Under the pieces are notes generated by a model. The model searched no databases. It was not told the origin of the DNA and saw only the letters and a list, made by a program, of their open reading frames with translations. From NCBI GenBank assembly GCA_019056785.1, contig DXJV01000084.1:64001-128000 (forward strand): a stretch of 64,000 bases of DNA. Direction: 5' to 3'. Position numbers and translations under genes: made by a program. This stretch comes from Candidatus Heimdallarchaeota archaeon (GTDB lineage Archaea; Asgardarchaeota; Heimdallarchaeia; JABLTI01). Positions 19,530-29,018 of this stretch are shown one piece after another; within the stretch, counting starts at the first letter, position 1; every line of letters begins with the position of its first letter.

Positions 19530-21089
19530 TTACTTTAAAGTTGCAAGTTTATCATAGAGCTGTTTACTGTATAAAGCTTGATAGAGTTCTTTATAGACAG
19601 TGAAATATTTCTCATATTGCTCATTATTTTCTTTCACCGGCAGTCTCTTATCAGCAATTTGTACCATATGCTCTATTGCCTCAGGGATGCCTTTAAAAAC
19701 GCCCGCACCCACACCAGCCAAAATTGCTGCGCCTAAAGCAGTTGCTTCTTCAACACGCCCTTTAATGACGGGAAGGTTACAAACGTCAGCTTCAATCTGA
19801 TTCCAGAGAGCATTTCTTGAGGCCCCGCCAGTGATGCGCAACTCTTGTAGGTCAACCCCCAACTCTTGCATGACTAATAAATTGGTTTTAATCTCATAGC
19901 AGGTTGCTTCCATGATTGCCCGGATCAAGTGTTGTCTGGTGTGCCCTAACCCCAAACCAAAAATCACTCCTCGAGCATTTGGGTTCCAATATGGCGCTCC
20001 TGCACCAACAAAATGAGGGAGGATTATAATGCCTTCAGAACCCGCAGGAACTTGCTCGGCTTGCATACAAATGAGCTCATAGCTATCAAGGTTGATATTT
20101 TGGGCCAAACTCTTTTCTGCAAACGAAAAGTTATCTCGAAACCAACGCAAAATCGACCCAGTTGTAAAAATGCTTGCTTCATAAACATATTTCCCAGGAA
20201 TAGCATGACAGCTACAAAGCAACCGGCGCTTTGGGTCGCGTGCGCTTTTTTCGAGGAAAGCCAAGAGGAAAGTACCAGTTCCGGTTGTTGCCTTTATTCT
20301 ACCTAGTTGTGACACTCCAACACCAAGTGCAGCACATTGTTGATCTCCACCTCCTGCAACAACAGGCAGCCCTTCTGCTAAGCCTAAATCTTGAGCAGCA
20401 TTTTTGGAAAGGCTGGCAATTTTAGTGCCGGGGGGCAAAGGTTGTGGTAACTTTTCAATTGGTATTCCCAATTTCTTTAAAATGAAATCGGACCAAGTTA
20501 ATTTATTAATATCAAACAGCATTGTTCGTGAGGCATTACTAAAATCAGTTACAAATTCCCCTGTTAACTTCATTTGGATGTAATCATGAACTAATAGGAA
20601 CTTATGTGTCTGTTCAAATACCGTTGGCAAATTCTTCTTAATCCAAATAATTTTCGGCGCAGAGAAATAGGGGTCAATTGTCAGGCCGGTTATTGCATAA
20701 ATTTTTTCGGCACCAATTTTCTCTCGTATCTCCTGGCACTCTTGTGTCGTTCGTCGGTCTTGCCAAACAATTGCTCGAGACAAGGGTTCACCCGAGAGGT
20801 TTACTGGGACTATTGTTTCTCTTTGATTAGTTACACTCATCCCTGCTATGTTTGAAGGATTAATGCCAGCTTCTTTTATAGCAAGGGGAACTGTCTTTTT
20901 TGTTGCATCCCACCACGTAAAGGCATCTTGTTCCACAGTCGTAGGCGTGGGATAAAAGCAAGGATACTCCTCATAGGCACTCCCCACAATAGCTCCTTTA
21001 GTGTTAAAAATAATCGCCCGCCCACCGGTTGTTCCAATATCAACACTTAAGAGAAATTGATCCTTCTTAGTAGCAGTCATTTTTAACAT
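19530..21089 (-). CDS. FGGY carbohydrate kinase (xylulokinase/glycerol kinase-like)
   Basis: SVDIGTTG, TNQRET, IVWQDRRT, TDFSNASRTMLF, GGGDQQ, TTGT, GAPYWNP, ITGG, ATALGAA. Confidence 0.95.
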   Translation of the reverse strand: MLKMTATKKDQFLLSVDIGTTGGRAIIFNTKGAIVGSAYEEYPCFYPTPTTVEQDAFTWWDATKKTVPLAIKEAGINPSNIAGMSVTNQRETIVPVNLSGEPLSRAIVWQDRRTTQECQEIREKIGAEKIYAITGLTIDPYFSAPKIIWIKKNLPTVFEQTHKFLLVHDYIQMKLTGEFVTDFSNASRTMLFDINKLTWSDFILKKLGIPIEKLPQPLPPGTKIASLSKNAAQDLGLAEGLPVVAGGGDQQCAALGVGVSQLGRIKATTGTGTFLLAFLEKSARDPKRRLLCSCHAIPGKYVYEASIFTTGSILRWFRDNFSFAEKSLAQNINLDSYELICMQAEQVPAGSEGIIILPHFVGAGAPYWNPNARGVIFGLGLGHTRQHLIRAIMEATCYEIKTNLLVMQELGVDLQELRITGGASRNALWNQIEADVCNLPVIKGRVEEATALGAAILAGVGAGVFKGIPEAIEHMVQIADKRLPVKENNEQYEKYFTVYKELYQALYSKQLYDKLATLK

Positions 21090-21390
21090 TCCATAATTAG
21101 TGACTTGTCAATTAGTCTGCTATTTTTTTTATTAATAAGAGTTATTACTATTGTATGAGCCGAATTACTAACCCTTAAATCAAACCGTCTAATTAAAAGA
21201 ACCCATATGGTTTTTTAGGCAAAAATTTTCGAAGGTTTACTCTTGCCTTGAAGGTCAAATGGCAGATTTACACTGATCAAGAGGATTTAAAATTGATAGT
21301 TCAAACTACTTAACAATGGATAGCCAATGGCGTATCCGTAATATTCAAAAAAAGGAAGCATACCTTATTAAACTGAGAATAAAAAACTTT

Positions 21391-22440
21391 GTGGATGGAC
21401 AATTTAAATTGAAAATTTTCTTCGATGAAACACAAAAAGAACGCGGGAAAATCAACACAAATTATTCCATGCTTCGTGATTCCTTACGAAGTGAGGGATT
21501 TGAAGTTGAAGCTTATAATGACTATCCCATCACTGAGAAGGCATTACGTTGTGATGTTTTCGTTCTCGCCTGTCCTGATGGCTCCAAACTTGCTAAGACG
21601 GAAATCGATGCCATTATTAATTTCGTTGAACGTGGTGGGGGTTTATTAGCAATTAGTAACGCCGGTGGCGACCGAGGGCTGAGAACTAATTTAAGTGAAG
21701 TCCTAAATAAGATGGGCATAGATATTCTTTCAGATCAGGTAAAGGATGACTCCAACAATGAATTCAACATGCCAACGCATCCTGTCATCAAAGACATGAA
21801 AGAGCACCCCATCACACGTGGCGTCTCTGAAATTGTGATTGTTGCAGGGTGTTCTGTTCGAGGGTCAATAAACATGAAAGGGATTGCTTACACTTCGCCG
21901 GTGGCAGACCCGCCAAATGCACCTGTGGTTGTTGCAGGAGAATATAAGAAAGGACGTGTCGTTGCAATTGGCTCTTACCGGTTGTTTTCAAACTATGGAG
22001 CGGGGCTTAATTTAAGAAATAATAAAACCTTTGCTTTGAATATCTTCAAATGGCTGTCACGCCAAGACACAACAAAAGCAAGTGCACAAGCAGCTCCGGC
22101 CAGAACGGTGAGCAGTAGCACTCCTGCGAGTAGAGTTAGCTCCTACGTCCCACCGAAATCCTCTCCAACTCCAGCTCAAAAAGAAACGAAGACAGTCATC
22201 CTACCGACACCACAACCCATTGCTCAAAAAACAGTTGCAAAAGCTACAGGCCAAACATCTGCAAAGGCGGGAGCAATTACAGACCAAGCGGTTCTGCAGG
22301 AAGTTGAGAGATTAAGAGCAGATATTGCAGAGATGCGAGAAATAATTGCAAGATTATACTCCGACACGCTTGGTTATCTCCAAGAAATGAAAGAAGAAGT
22401 AAGAATGATGTTAGATTACATTCGAACAAAAGAGGGCTAA
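21391..22440 (+). CDS. Cytoplasmic GIFT-domain (IFT52-like) protein with an S/T/P linker and C-terminal coiled coil
   Basis: KIFFDE...E, FVLACP, EIDAIINFVERGGGLL, TNL...L...GI....D.V, HPITRGV, GRVVAIGS..LFSN, N..FALNIFKWL; no signal peptide. Start placed at GTG 21391; the ORF is open from 21316. Confidence 0.75.
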   Translation: MDGQFKLKIFFDETQKERGKINTNYSMLRDSLRSEGFEVEAYNDYPITEKALRCDVFVLACPDGSKLAKTEIDAIINFVERGGGLLAISNAGGDRGLRTNLSEVLNKMGIDILSDQVKDDSNNEFNMPTHPVIKDMKEHPITRGVSEIVIVAGCSVRGSINMKGIAYTSPVADPPNAPVVVAGEYKKGRVVAIGSYRLFSNYGAGLNLRNNKTFALNIFKWLSRQDTTKASAQAAPARTVSSSTPASRVSSYVPPKSSPTPAQKETKTVILPTPQPIAQKTVAKATGQTSAKAGAITDQAVLQEVERLRADIAEMREIIARLYSDTLGYLQEMKEEVRMMLDYIRTKEG

Positions 22441-22550
22441 AACCTCTTATTTATCTCTTTTTTCACTAAGACAGAATATTAATTATTTTTACGTTCAATA
22501 GAATTTTATAGCATCAAATGCCAAGATACCATGCAGAAGGTGATTGACCT

Positions 22551-24347
22551 TTGAGATATGCTATATTAGCTGAAATATACCGGAAACTGGATGCCACACA
22601 AAAGAGACTTGAGATGATCGACATCCTCATTGAGCTTTTCGATAAAACCGAGCTTGAGAACATTCGTATTGTAATTTATCTCACCTCCGGTAAGATTGGC
22701 GCGGATTTTGAAGATCTGGACATTGGCATTGCTGAAAAGATGGTCATAAAGGCAATCGCCAAAGCTGTTGGGAAAAGCGAAGAGATTGTGACAGCCCTCT
22801 TTGCAAAGAAAGGCGATCTTGGTGAAGTTGTTGAAGCCTTTAAAGCAAAATCGACACAACAAGGTTTAGAAGCCTTTTTGACAGACGGAAAGACAGCAGC
22901 CGAAGAAAGCCTTACGGTTCGAGAGGTTTGGGAGACTTTGAATAAAATCGCAAACCTAGAAGGAAAGGGTTCTGCCGCGAAAAAGATAAACACCCTTGTC
23001 GGGCTTTATGCAAAGGCAACACCCTTAGAAGCAAAATACATCACTCGGACAGTCCTGAGCCAGCTCCGCTTAGGTGTTAGAGACCTTACCATTATTGAAG
23101 CGCTTGCACGAAAGTATTGTACTGAAAAGGATGCACGAAAAGTGATTGAACATGCTTACAACGTGACGAGTGACATTGGTTTTGTAGGGGAAATATTAGC
23201 TAGAAAAGGCTTGGAGGCTGTTAGACAGATTAAAATTCAAGTGGGACGCCCCATTCGGATGATGGCTGCACAACGACTTCCATCCACCGAAGAAATTCTG
23301 GAGAAATTGGGAGGGAAGTGTGCATTGGAATTCAAATATGATGGGGAACGGGTTCAAGCACATAAGAATGGAGACAAAATAACTCTTTTTTCGAGAAATT
23401 TAAATGACATCTCGACTATGTATCCCGATGTCAGAGATGCCTTAAAGGCCAGCATTACGGCTTCTAAGGCAATCGTTGAAGGAGAGATTGTTGCTTGGGA
23501 CCCTCAAGCAGAACGATTGCGACCATTCCAAATTTTGATGTCCCGTAAGAGAAAATATGATATTAGTGAGATGAAAGAGAAAATCCCTGTGAAAGTCTTT
23601 CTCTTCGACCTTCTTTTTGTTGATGGCGATAATTATCTGTTAAAAGCATATCCTCAAAGACGAACCAAATTGGAAGAGATAATTAAGGAAGAAGAGATCA
23701 TTACCCTTGCTTCTCAAGAAATTGTTACAAACGCAAGTGAATTTGAGGCATTCTTTGAGACTGCAATTGAAAGCGGGTGTGAAGGGGTTATGGCAAAAGA
23801 TATTCGGGAAACTGCCATCTATCAAGCAGGCAATCGAGGGTTCCTCTGGATAAAACACAAATTCGATTATAGTTCGGCCTTTGCTGACAGTTATGATTTC
23901 GTCGTTGTGGGAGGTTTCTATGGAAAAGGGCGGCGCAAAGGAATGTTAGGTACTTTATTGATGGCAGCCTATAATCCAGAAAAGGAAATCTTTGAAACGG
24001 TATGTAAACTTGGAAGCGGTTTTTCCGATGAAGATTTAGCGAAGATAACAAAAGAACTGATGGCATTACGAACACCAGAGAAACCAAAAGAAGTGGCTTC
24101 CAAACTCGAGGCGGATGTTTGGTTCTACCCCACAAAAGTCTTTGAAATCAGGGGGGCAGACCTCTCTACAAGCCCCGTGCATACATGTGCTCTTAACGAA
24201 ATTAAAGAAGATATGGGGATTGCCATTCGCTTCCCCCGTTTTATTAGATTTCGAGAGGATAAAAAACCCGAATTTGCCACTACAACAAAGGAAATTATTG
24301 ACGCATATAAAGAGCAAAGGCTCTTGAAAAAGGAGAAAAAGAATTAA
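22551..24347 (+). CDS. lig: ATP-dependent DNA ligase
   Basis: Motif I EFKYDGERVQAH, FSRN, EGEIV, FDLL, EGVMAK, WIKHK, G.FYGKGRRKG, IRFPRF; PIP-like QQGLEAFL. Confidence 0.97.
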   Translation: MRYAILAEIYRKLDATQKRLEMIDILIELFDKTELENIRIVIYLTSGKIGADFEDLDIGIAEKMVIKAIAKAVGKSEEIVTALFAKKGDLGEVVEAFKAKSTQQGLEAFLTDGKTAAEESLTVREVWETLNKIANLEGKGSAAKKINTLVGLYAKATPLEAKYITRTVLSQLRLGVRDLTIIEALARKYCTEKDARKVIEHAYNVTSDIGFVGEILARKGLEAVRQIKIQVGRPIRMMAAQRLPSTEEILEKLGGKCALEFKYDGERVQAHKNGDKITLFSRNLNDISTMYPDVRDALKASITASKAIVEGEIVAWDPQAERLRPFQILMSRKRKYDISEMKEKIPVKVFLFDLLFVDGDNYLLKAYPQRRTKLEEIIKEEEIITLASQEIVTNASEFEAFFETAIESGCEGVMAKDIRETAIYQAGNRGFLWIKHKFDYSSAFADSYDFVVVGGFYGKGRRKGMLGTLLMAAYNPEKEIFETVCKLGSGFSDEDLAKITKELMALRTPEKPKEVASKLEADVWFYPTKVFEIRGADLSTSPVHTCALNEIKEDMGIAIRFPRFIRFREDKKPEFATTTKEIIDAYKEQRLLKKEKKN

Positions 24348-24426
24348 TTTTCGCTAAACGAAACTAATAATAAAGAGCAGAAATAATCTAATATAGTAAA
24401 TTGTAATTTGATATGAGGAAAACATC

Positions 24427-25044
24427 ATGGCAAATGCTGAACATGAAGATGCAGTAGAGGAAGCAGAAGAAAAAGAAACAGTACAGCCACGAATCGAAGT
24501 TGGAGGAGAAATTAAGACTTTTGAAGAAGTAACACCAAAGAAAGCTCTGAAAGTCCTCCGAGAAACAATAGCAGATTATGAAGATTATCAATCCGTCCCT
24601 AGTCGAAGGAAAACTGACGAGGCCTTTCGAAAGTATGTCAAGGAAACATTAACTCAAGCAAATGATCATATAAAAGAAATTCATGCGGCATTAATCGAAG
24701 CACAACAGATGTCAACCTGGGCAATAGCTGACCAGGTTATTAATGAATTAGGGGCTTTTATCAAAGATGTGAATAAAAGCGATTACGGTTTTACAACCTT
24801 TTTTGAGAACCCGAGACTCCTTGAAATGGATATTTCCCAACTTTACATTATTGATTATGACTTCATTAAAAGCATTCGTGTATTAAATGAACGCATCTCT
24901 GCTTTCATGGAGATTGTTCAACAACATTACTTCGAAGATACCGACCTATGGTTCGAAACTTTGAACCGGATTCTTGGAAGATTGATCAGTTTAAATGATG
25001 ACCGCGTAAAACTGATTGGTTCTTATGAACGGATTTCTTATTAA
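24427..25044 (+). CDS. Conserved helical hypothetical protein
   Basis: 205 aa; Y.DY.....RR..D...R and YGFTTFF motifs of an uncharacterised four-helix family. Confidence 0.7.
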   Translation: MANAEHEDAVEEAEEKETVQPRIEVGGEIKTFEEVTPKKALKVLRETIADYEDYQSVPSRRKTDEAFRKYVKETLTQANDHIKEIHAALIEAQQMSTWAIADQVINELGAFIKDVNKSDYGFTTFFENPRLLEMDISQLYIIDYDFIKSIRVLNERISAFMEIVQQHYFEDTDLWFETLNRILGRLISLNDDRVKLIGSYERISY

Positions 25045-25072
25045 ATCCTTAACACTTTTTCCCTCAGGAGTA

Positions 25073-25387
25073 CTAGTTAGCTTGTTGATATGGTAAGAAC
25101 CTTTCTAATATCTGTTCTTTAGAGAGGCTTGTTACTAAAAAGATCTTGTTTCGAGAAGTGTGCCCACTCCGAAGTGTTATTGCACCAGTAGTTATATCAA
25201 GTGTTTTGGCGAGAAGTTTAAGCACCTCTTTATTTGCTTTTCCCTTGTTCGGGGGAGCTCGGATATGGATAGTTAGAAAGGCGTCAGTAGAAGAAAAAAA
25301 GAGTGTTTGTTTCTTTTGATTGGGTTTGACAAAAACTTTGATTAGAACGCCAGAGTCTGTTTGTTCTAAAAAATTAAAGAGAGACAT
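25073..25387 (-). CDS. DUF167 / YggU (UPF0235) protein
   Basis: V.VKP, IRAPP.KGKAN.E..K.LA..L, G.TSR.K. Confidence 0.92.
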   Translation of the reverse strand: MSLFNFLEQTDSGVLIKVFVKPNQKKQTLFFSSTDAFLTIHIRAPPNKGKANKEVLKLLAKTLDITTGAITLRSGHTSRNKIFLVTSLSKEQILERFLPYQQAN

Positions 25388-25417
25388 GGTGTAATCATCC
25401 GGGTTATTCCAAATAGG

Positions 25418-26431
25418 TCAAGCAAAATCCTGCATCATTTTATATGCTCTTTTAAAGATTTTTACCGCGTCCCGTGGAGATGTATGATTCGGGTTTTCAA
25501 CCTTTGGTGATTTTGAAAGGACAAATAAATGCAAGTTTTCTTCTTCAAGCATGTGTTGAATTTTCACAATCCGATCAGCATAGGCTATGTCCTTCTTCAA
25601 AGGCTTCCAATCATTTGGTTTTCTTATACGCAGAAAACAAACAAAAGAGGGGAATTTATTGCCCATGTATTCATTTAGAATGATTTGTATAGATAAAGAA
25701 TCGAAGGAGTCTGGTGGATTGTAAAAGTCAATCATGAAACGAACATTTAGAGGGAGCATGATTTCTTCTTCCTTCTTCGGGGTTTTCACCCGTTGTAATT
25801 GTACTGCGGGTGTTGCTAAGAATTCCAGCTCATCCAAGTCTTCTTGCTGCGTAAATTGATAATAGAAGAGAATTTTCCGTAAAATTTCTGGCTCCCAATA
25901 GTCAATACGGATAATAAACCACAGCGGGAGGAAGAAGAGGTAGAGATCAATTAAGAACAATCCTGTAGAGAAAAAGAGTTTCTTTGTCAAACCCAAAATA
26001 AGAATGTAAAGGAAAGCCACTCCAAAGAGCACGGTAACAAATATCCATCTTCCCTTCGGCTTTGAAAGGTCGAAATAAGCCGTGCGTTTTTTCTGCCTTT
26101 TTTCACGATTGTTAATGTGGTTAAAAAGTTCTGAAAGCTGCTTCATAGTATATTCTGTCCAAATGGGTTTTTCATCAGCCAAGAGAGGTTCTTCTGAAAT
26201 CTTTAATCGCTCCGGGAAGAGCAAGAAAAGAGCGATTACAAGAAATACCAAACCAATAATAAAAGAATAAGAAGGCGTTTTTGTTTCCTCGTATGGAAAA
26301 ATGCCATTTATTGGTAAGAAGATCTGAATGAATACTCCAAAGAGAGCAAAAGCTATTCCAATAATCATTCTCGGAAGAGCAGGGAACTTCTTTAGGAATT
26401 TAAAATCGTCATTTGTTATTGTAAGAGCCAT
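25418..26431 (-). CDS. Membrane protein (4 TM) with a soluble C-terminal domain
   Basis: Two TM pairs followed by a ~160-aa alpha/beta domain. Confidence 0.7.
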   Translation of the reverse strand: MALTITNDDFKFLKKFPALPRMIIGIAFALFGVFIQIFLPINGIFPYEETKTPSYSFIIGLVFLVIALFLLFPERLKISEEPLLADEKPIWTEYTMKQLSELFNHINNREKRQKKRTAYFDLSKPKGRWIFVTVLFGVAFLYILILGLTKKLFFSTGLFLIDLYLFFLPLWFIIRIDYWEPEILRKILFYYQFTQQEDLDELEFLATPAVQLQRVKTPKKEEEIMLPLNVRFMIDFYNPPDSFDSLSIQIILNEYMGNKFPSFVCFLRIRKPNDWKPLKKDIAYADRIVKIQHMLEEENLHLFVLSKSPKVENPNHTSPRDAVKIFKRAYKMMQDFA

Positions 26432-26489
26432 CAGCTTTCACACCACATTTGCTGAAAGTAAGCTAGAATTTCAGTTAATATTTATTAGG

Positions 26490-26906
26490 TTAAGTTTTAT
26501 TTAACGGTTTTAAATCCTGTTCTGAGGATTTTTTAGGGAAGAGAAAAATTCTCGAGATAAAGCTAATTATCCAAATTAAGAGTGACAACCCCCCGACCGG
26601 CAAACCAAACCAAATTGGTATCCCTTCAAAGTAATAGAGCAAAAGAGCCAGAAGAGAAGCTGAAAGAACGACGGTTAATATCTCCAAAGTCCGAGTTTTG
26701 ATAATAAATGTGCTCCCCCAACCAAAGATGAACCAGATGAAAAAAATGCCGAAAAATGCATAGAAATGGATCAAAGTTAGCAAATAAGCGATCAAACCAC
26801 TAAGAGCACCCTCGAGAAGGCCAATGGCTAGACTCCGTAAAAAAAGTCGGAACTTTTCGAACGATTTTTTTTGTTTCGAGCTAGTCGTGGAATCGTCATC
26901 ATTCAT
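26490..26906 (-). CDS. Small membrane protein (4 TM)
   Basis: 138 aa, largely hydrophobic. Confidence 0.65.
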   Translation of the reverse strand: MNDDDSTTSSKQKKSFEKFRLFLRSLAIGLLEGALSGLIAYLLTLIHFYAFFGIFFIWFIFGWGSTFIIKTRTLEILTVVLSASLLALLLYYFEGIPIWFGLPVGGLSLLIWIISFISRIFLFPKKSSEQDLKPLNKT

Positions 26907-27103
26907 GATTAAAATGATATCTTCCCGGCTTTTAAAAAGTTAGTGAGGGTTTTATGCTAAACACGACACAGGTAGTTTCTTCTTTTGATAGCGGATTTTT
27001 TGTAAAGCAAAAAACTAAAAGGAATGACCGTAACTATTAGAAATAAGATAACAAAACAACCTTTAAGAGACCGATTAATGCAAATAAAACATGGTGGGCC
27101 TTT

Positions 27104-28984
27104 ATGCTACCGATTTTAAAATCCCTGGAATTCGCTAAAATATTACCTTTGAGTGAAAACTCTATTGAAAAGATAGCTTTTAGAGACGGGATTAATAAAT
27201 TCTTGGCGGAAAATGGATCTGGAAAGACAACACTTACAGATTTGATTGAGCATTCTCTGGTAAGAGATGCGCATGCTTTTGCCTGGAACATTTTTTCCAA
27301 AAAACGTGTCGATAAAAATGCGTATGTTAAAGCTGAATGGCTTTTCGGAAACAAGTCAACTATCATCACCCATGAATTTACGGACGCAGGTGCGAGAACG
27401 AGAGTAACTGCAGCCACTTTTTCAAATAAAGCCCATACAAGAGACATGTATTCAGATTTTCTTTTCACTCACACAAATTTGACTCTGGAGCAAATGCAAA
27501 AACTCTTCGAAGGGGTTTTTTATAAAAGAGAGAATGATTTGAACCTTCTTGGAACACCCGGTGAAGAAAGTCTAATGGATTTTTTTGAATTACTTAACAA
27601 GACTATTCGAATGGAAAGTCCCACAACGATTAAACTACGAAATCAGATTGGCGAGATAAAACGACAGATTGAATTACGAAAAAACAGTAAAAGGAAAATA
27701 GAGGCTCAATTAGAGAAGATGGAGATCATTTTTGCCAGTGCTGAAACATCGGCTGATGCATTAGAATCAATCGGGAACCGGAAGGGGGAATTGGAACGTA
27801 GCAATAGAAAATTGCGGGAGGAAATTGAGCAACAGAGAAAGCTTTTACAACAGTTAGAGAAAGAGAACGAACAAACCCTTAATGAACTCGATAATTATCA
27901 AGGGAAATTATTACAAAATCGCCTAAAGCAAGATGAAATTAAAACAAAACAATACACTGTAAAGACCCAACTTGATAAGTTGGAACGAGAACTCGAGGGC
28001 TTTACCAAGCTGGCAAAAGTGAATTATTCTGAAATTAAAGCCCAATGGGAAAAGAAACAAACTTGTGAATTATGTGGAAGTGCCATATTTGATAACTGGT
28101 CTGAAAGAATCAGCAAAGGCTGCCCGGTTTGTGGGACAGAATGGAAACAAATCCCAGCAAGTGTAAAAGAAACTATTAGTAAAAATGAGATTGAAAGTGA
28201 AACCAGGGACATCCAAAAAGAAATTGATTCATTGAAGCTTAAATCGCAGGCCCTAGATGAGGACCTGGCAAAGTTCAAACGTGAAGAAGAGAGATATATC
28301 ACTACTCTGAAGAATCTCCGAGAGAAATTAACTACAAATGGTTCACGGCAACGAGAACTGCAAAAAAGAAACGAAGAAATTAACCTTAAGATTCAGAAGA
28401 TCGGCATGGAACTTGGCAGTCTTTCAGCACAAGAAAAAATGGTCAACCAAGATGAGAGCATTGCTTTATTGCATGTTAATCTTGACAAAATAAATGCTGA
28501 ATTGGAGGACTATTATCTCCGGCTTGAACGTTTAGAAAAGGAATTACCCGAGCAAAAAGAGCTGCAACATATTTTGAATAACTTTGCCAGAATAACAAAA
28601 GAGATCTTTGGCTATAGTATGCTTGCTGATACAGAGACCCGGATAATTACTATTACAAAGGATGACTCGAGTCGTGATTTCGCAGCCCTATCCTGGTCTG
28701 AAAGGTACTTTATTGATGTTGTTTTCAGAATTGCTATATTTAATTTCCTTATTGAAAACAACATCATGAGCCGAGGACTATTAATTTTAGACTCCCCTGA
28801 AGCAGCTCTTGACCCCACTCGCTTAGACTTGCTAGCTGATATTATCAACAAGCACAAAGACAACGCCACATTCATTATAGCAACGCGAGTTAAAAAATTC
28901 TATGACAAACTGGAAGGACATCCCCTCGAGATTCACAAGCAAACCCAAATGAGCCTTTTTGACTTTATTGGATTCACAGCCTGA
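27104..28984 (+). CDS. SMC/Rad50-like ABC ATPase with short coiled-coil arms and a central double CxxC
   Basis: Walker A AENGSGKTT, coiled coils, CELC...CPVC, signature-like LSWSER, Walker B LILDSPEAALD, C-terminal QMSLFDFI. Confidence 0.85.
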   Translation: MLPILKSLEFAKILPLSENSIEKIAFRDGINKFLAENGSGKTTLTDLIEHSLVRDAHAFAWNIFSKKRVDKNAYVKAEWLFGNKSTIITHEFTDAGARTRVTAATFSNKAHTRDMYSDFLFTHTNLTLEQMQKLFEGVFYKRENDLNLLGTPGEESLMDFFELLNKTIRMESPTTIKLRNQIGEIKRQIELRKNSKRKIEAQLEKMEIIFASAETSADALESIGNRKGELERSNRKLREEIEQQRKLLQQLEKENEQTLNELDNYQGKLLQNRLKQDEIKTKQYTVKTQLDKLERELEGFTKLAKVNYSEIKAQWEKKQTCELCGSAIFDNWSERISKGCPVCGTEWKQIPASVKETISKNEIESETRDIQKEIDSLKLKSQALDEDLAKFKREEERYITTLKNLREKLTTNGSRQRELQKRNEEINLKIQKIGMELGSLSAQEKMVNQDESIALLHVNLDKINAELEDYYLRLERLEKELPEQKELQHILNNFARITKEIFGYSMLADTETRIITITKDDSSRDFAALSWSERYFIDVVFRIAIFNFLIENNIMSRGLLILDSPEAALDPTRLDLLADIINKHKDNATFIIATRVKKFYDKLEGHPLEIHKQTQMSLFDFIGFTA

Positions 28985-29018
28985 AAATGAAAACAAAAAA
29001 ATAGGAAGAGTGTTATAA

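Noticed and set aside
21218-21247. c-di-GMP-I (GEMM) riboswitch suggested by GGCAAA plus hairpin
   Set aside because: Lacks the GAAA tetraloop and the following GACGCAAAG and P3 elements.
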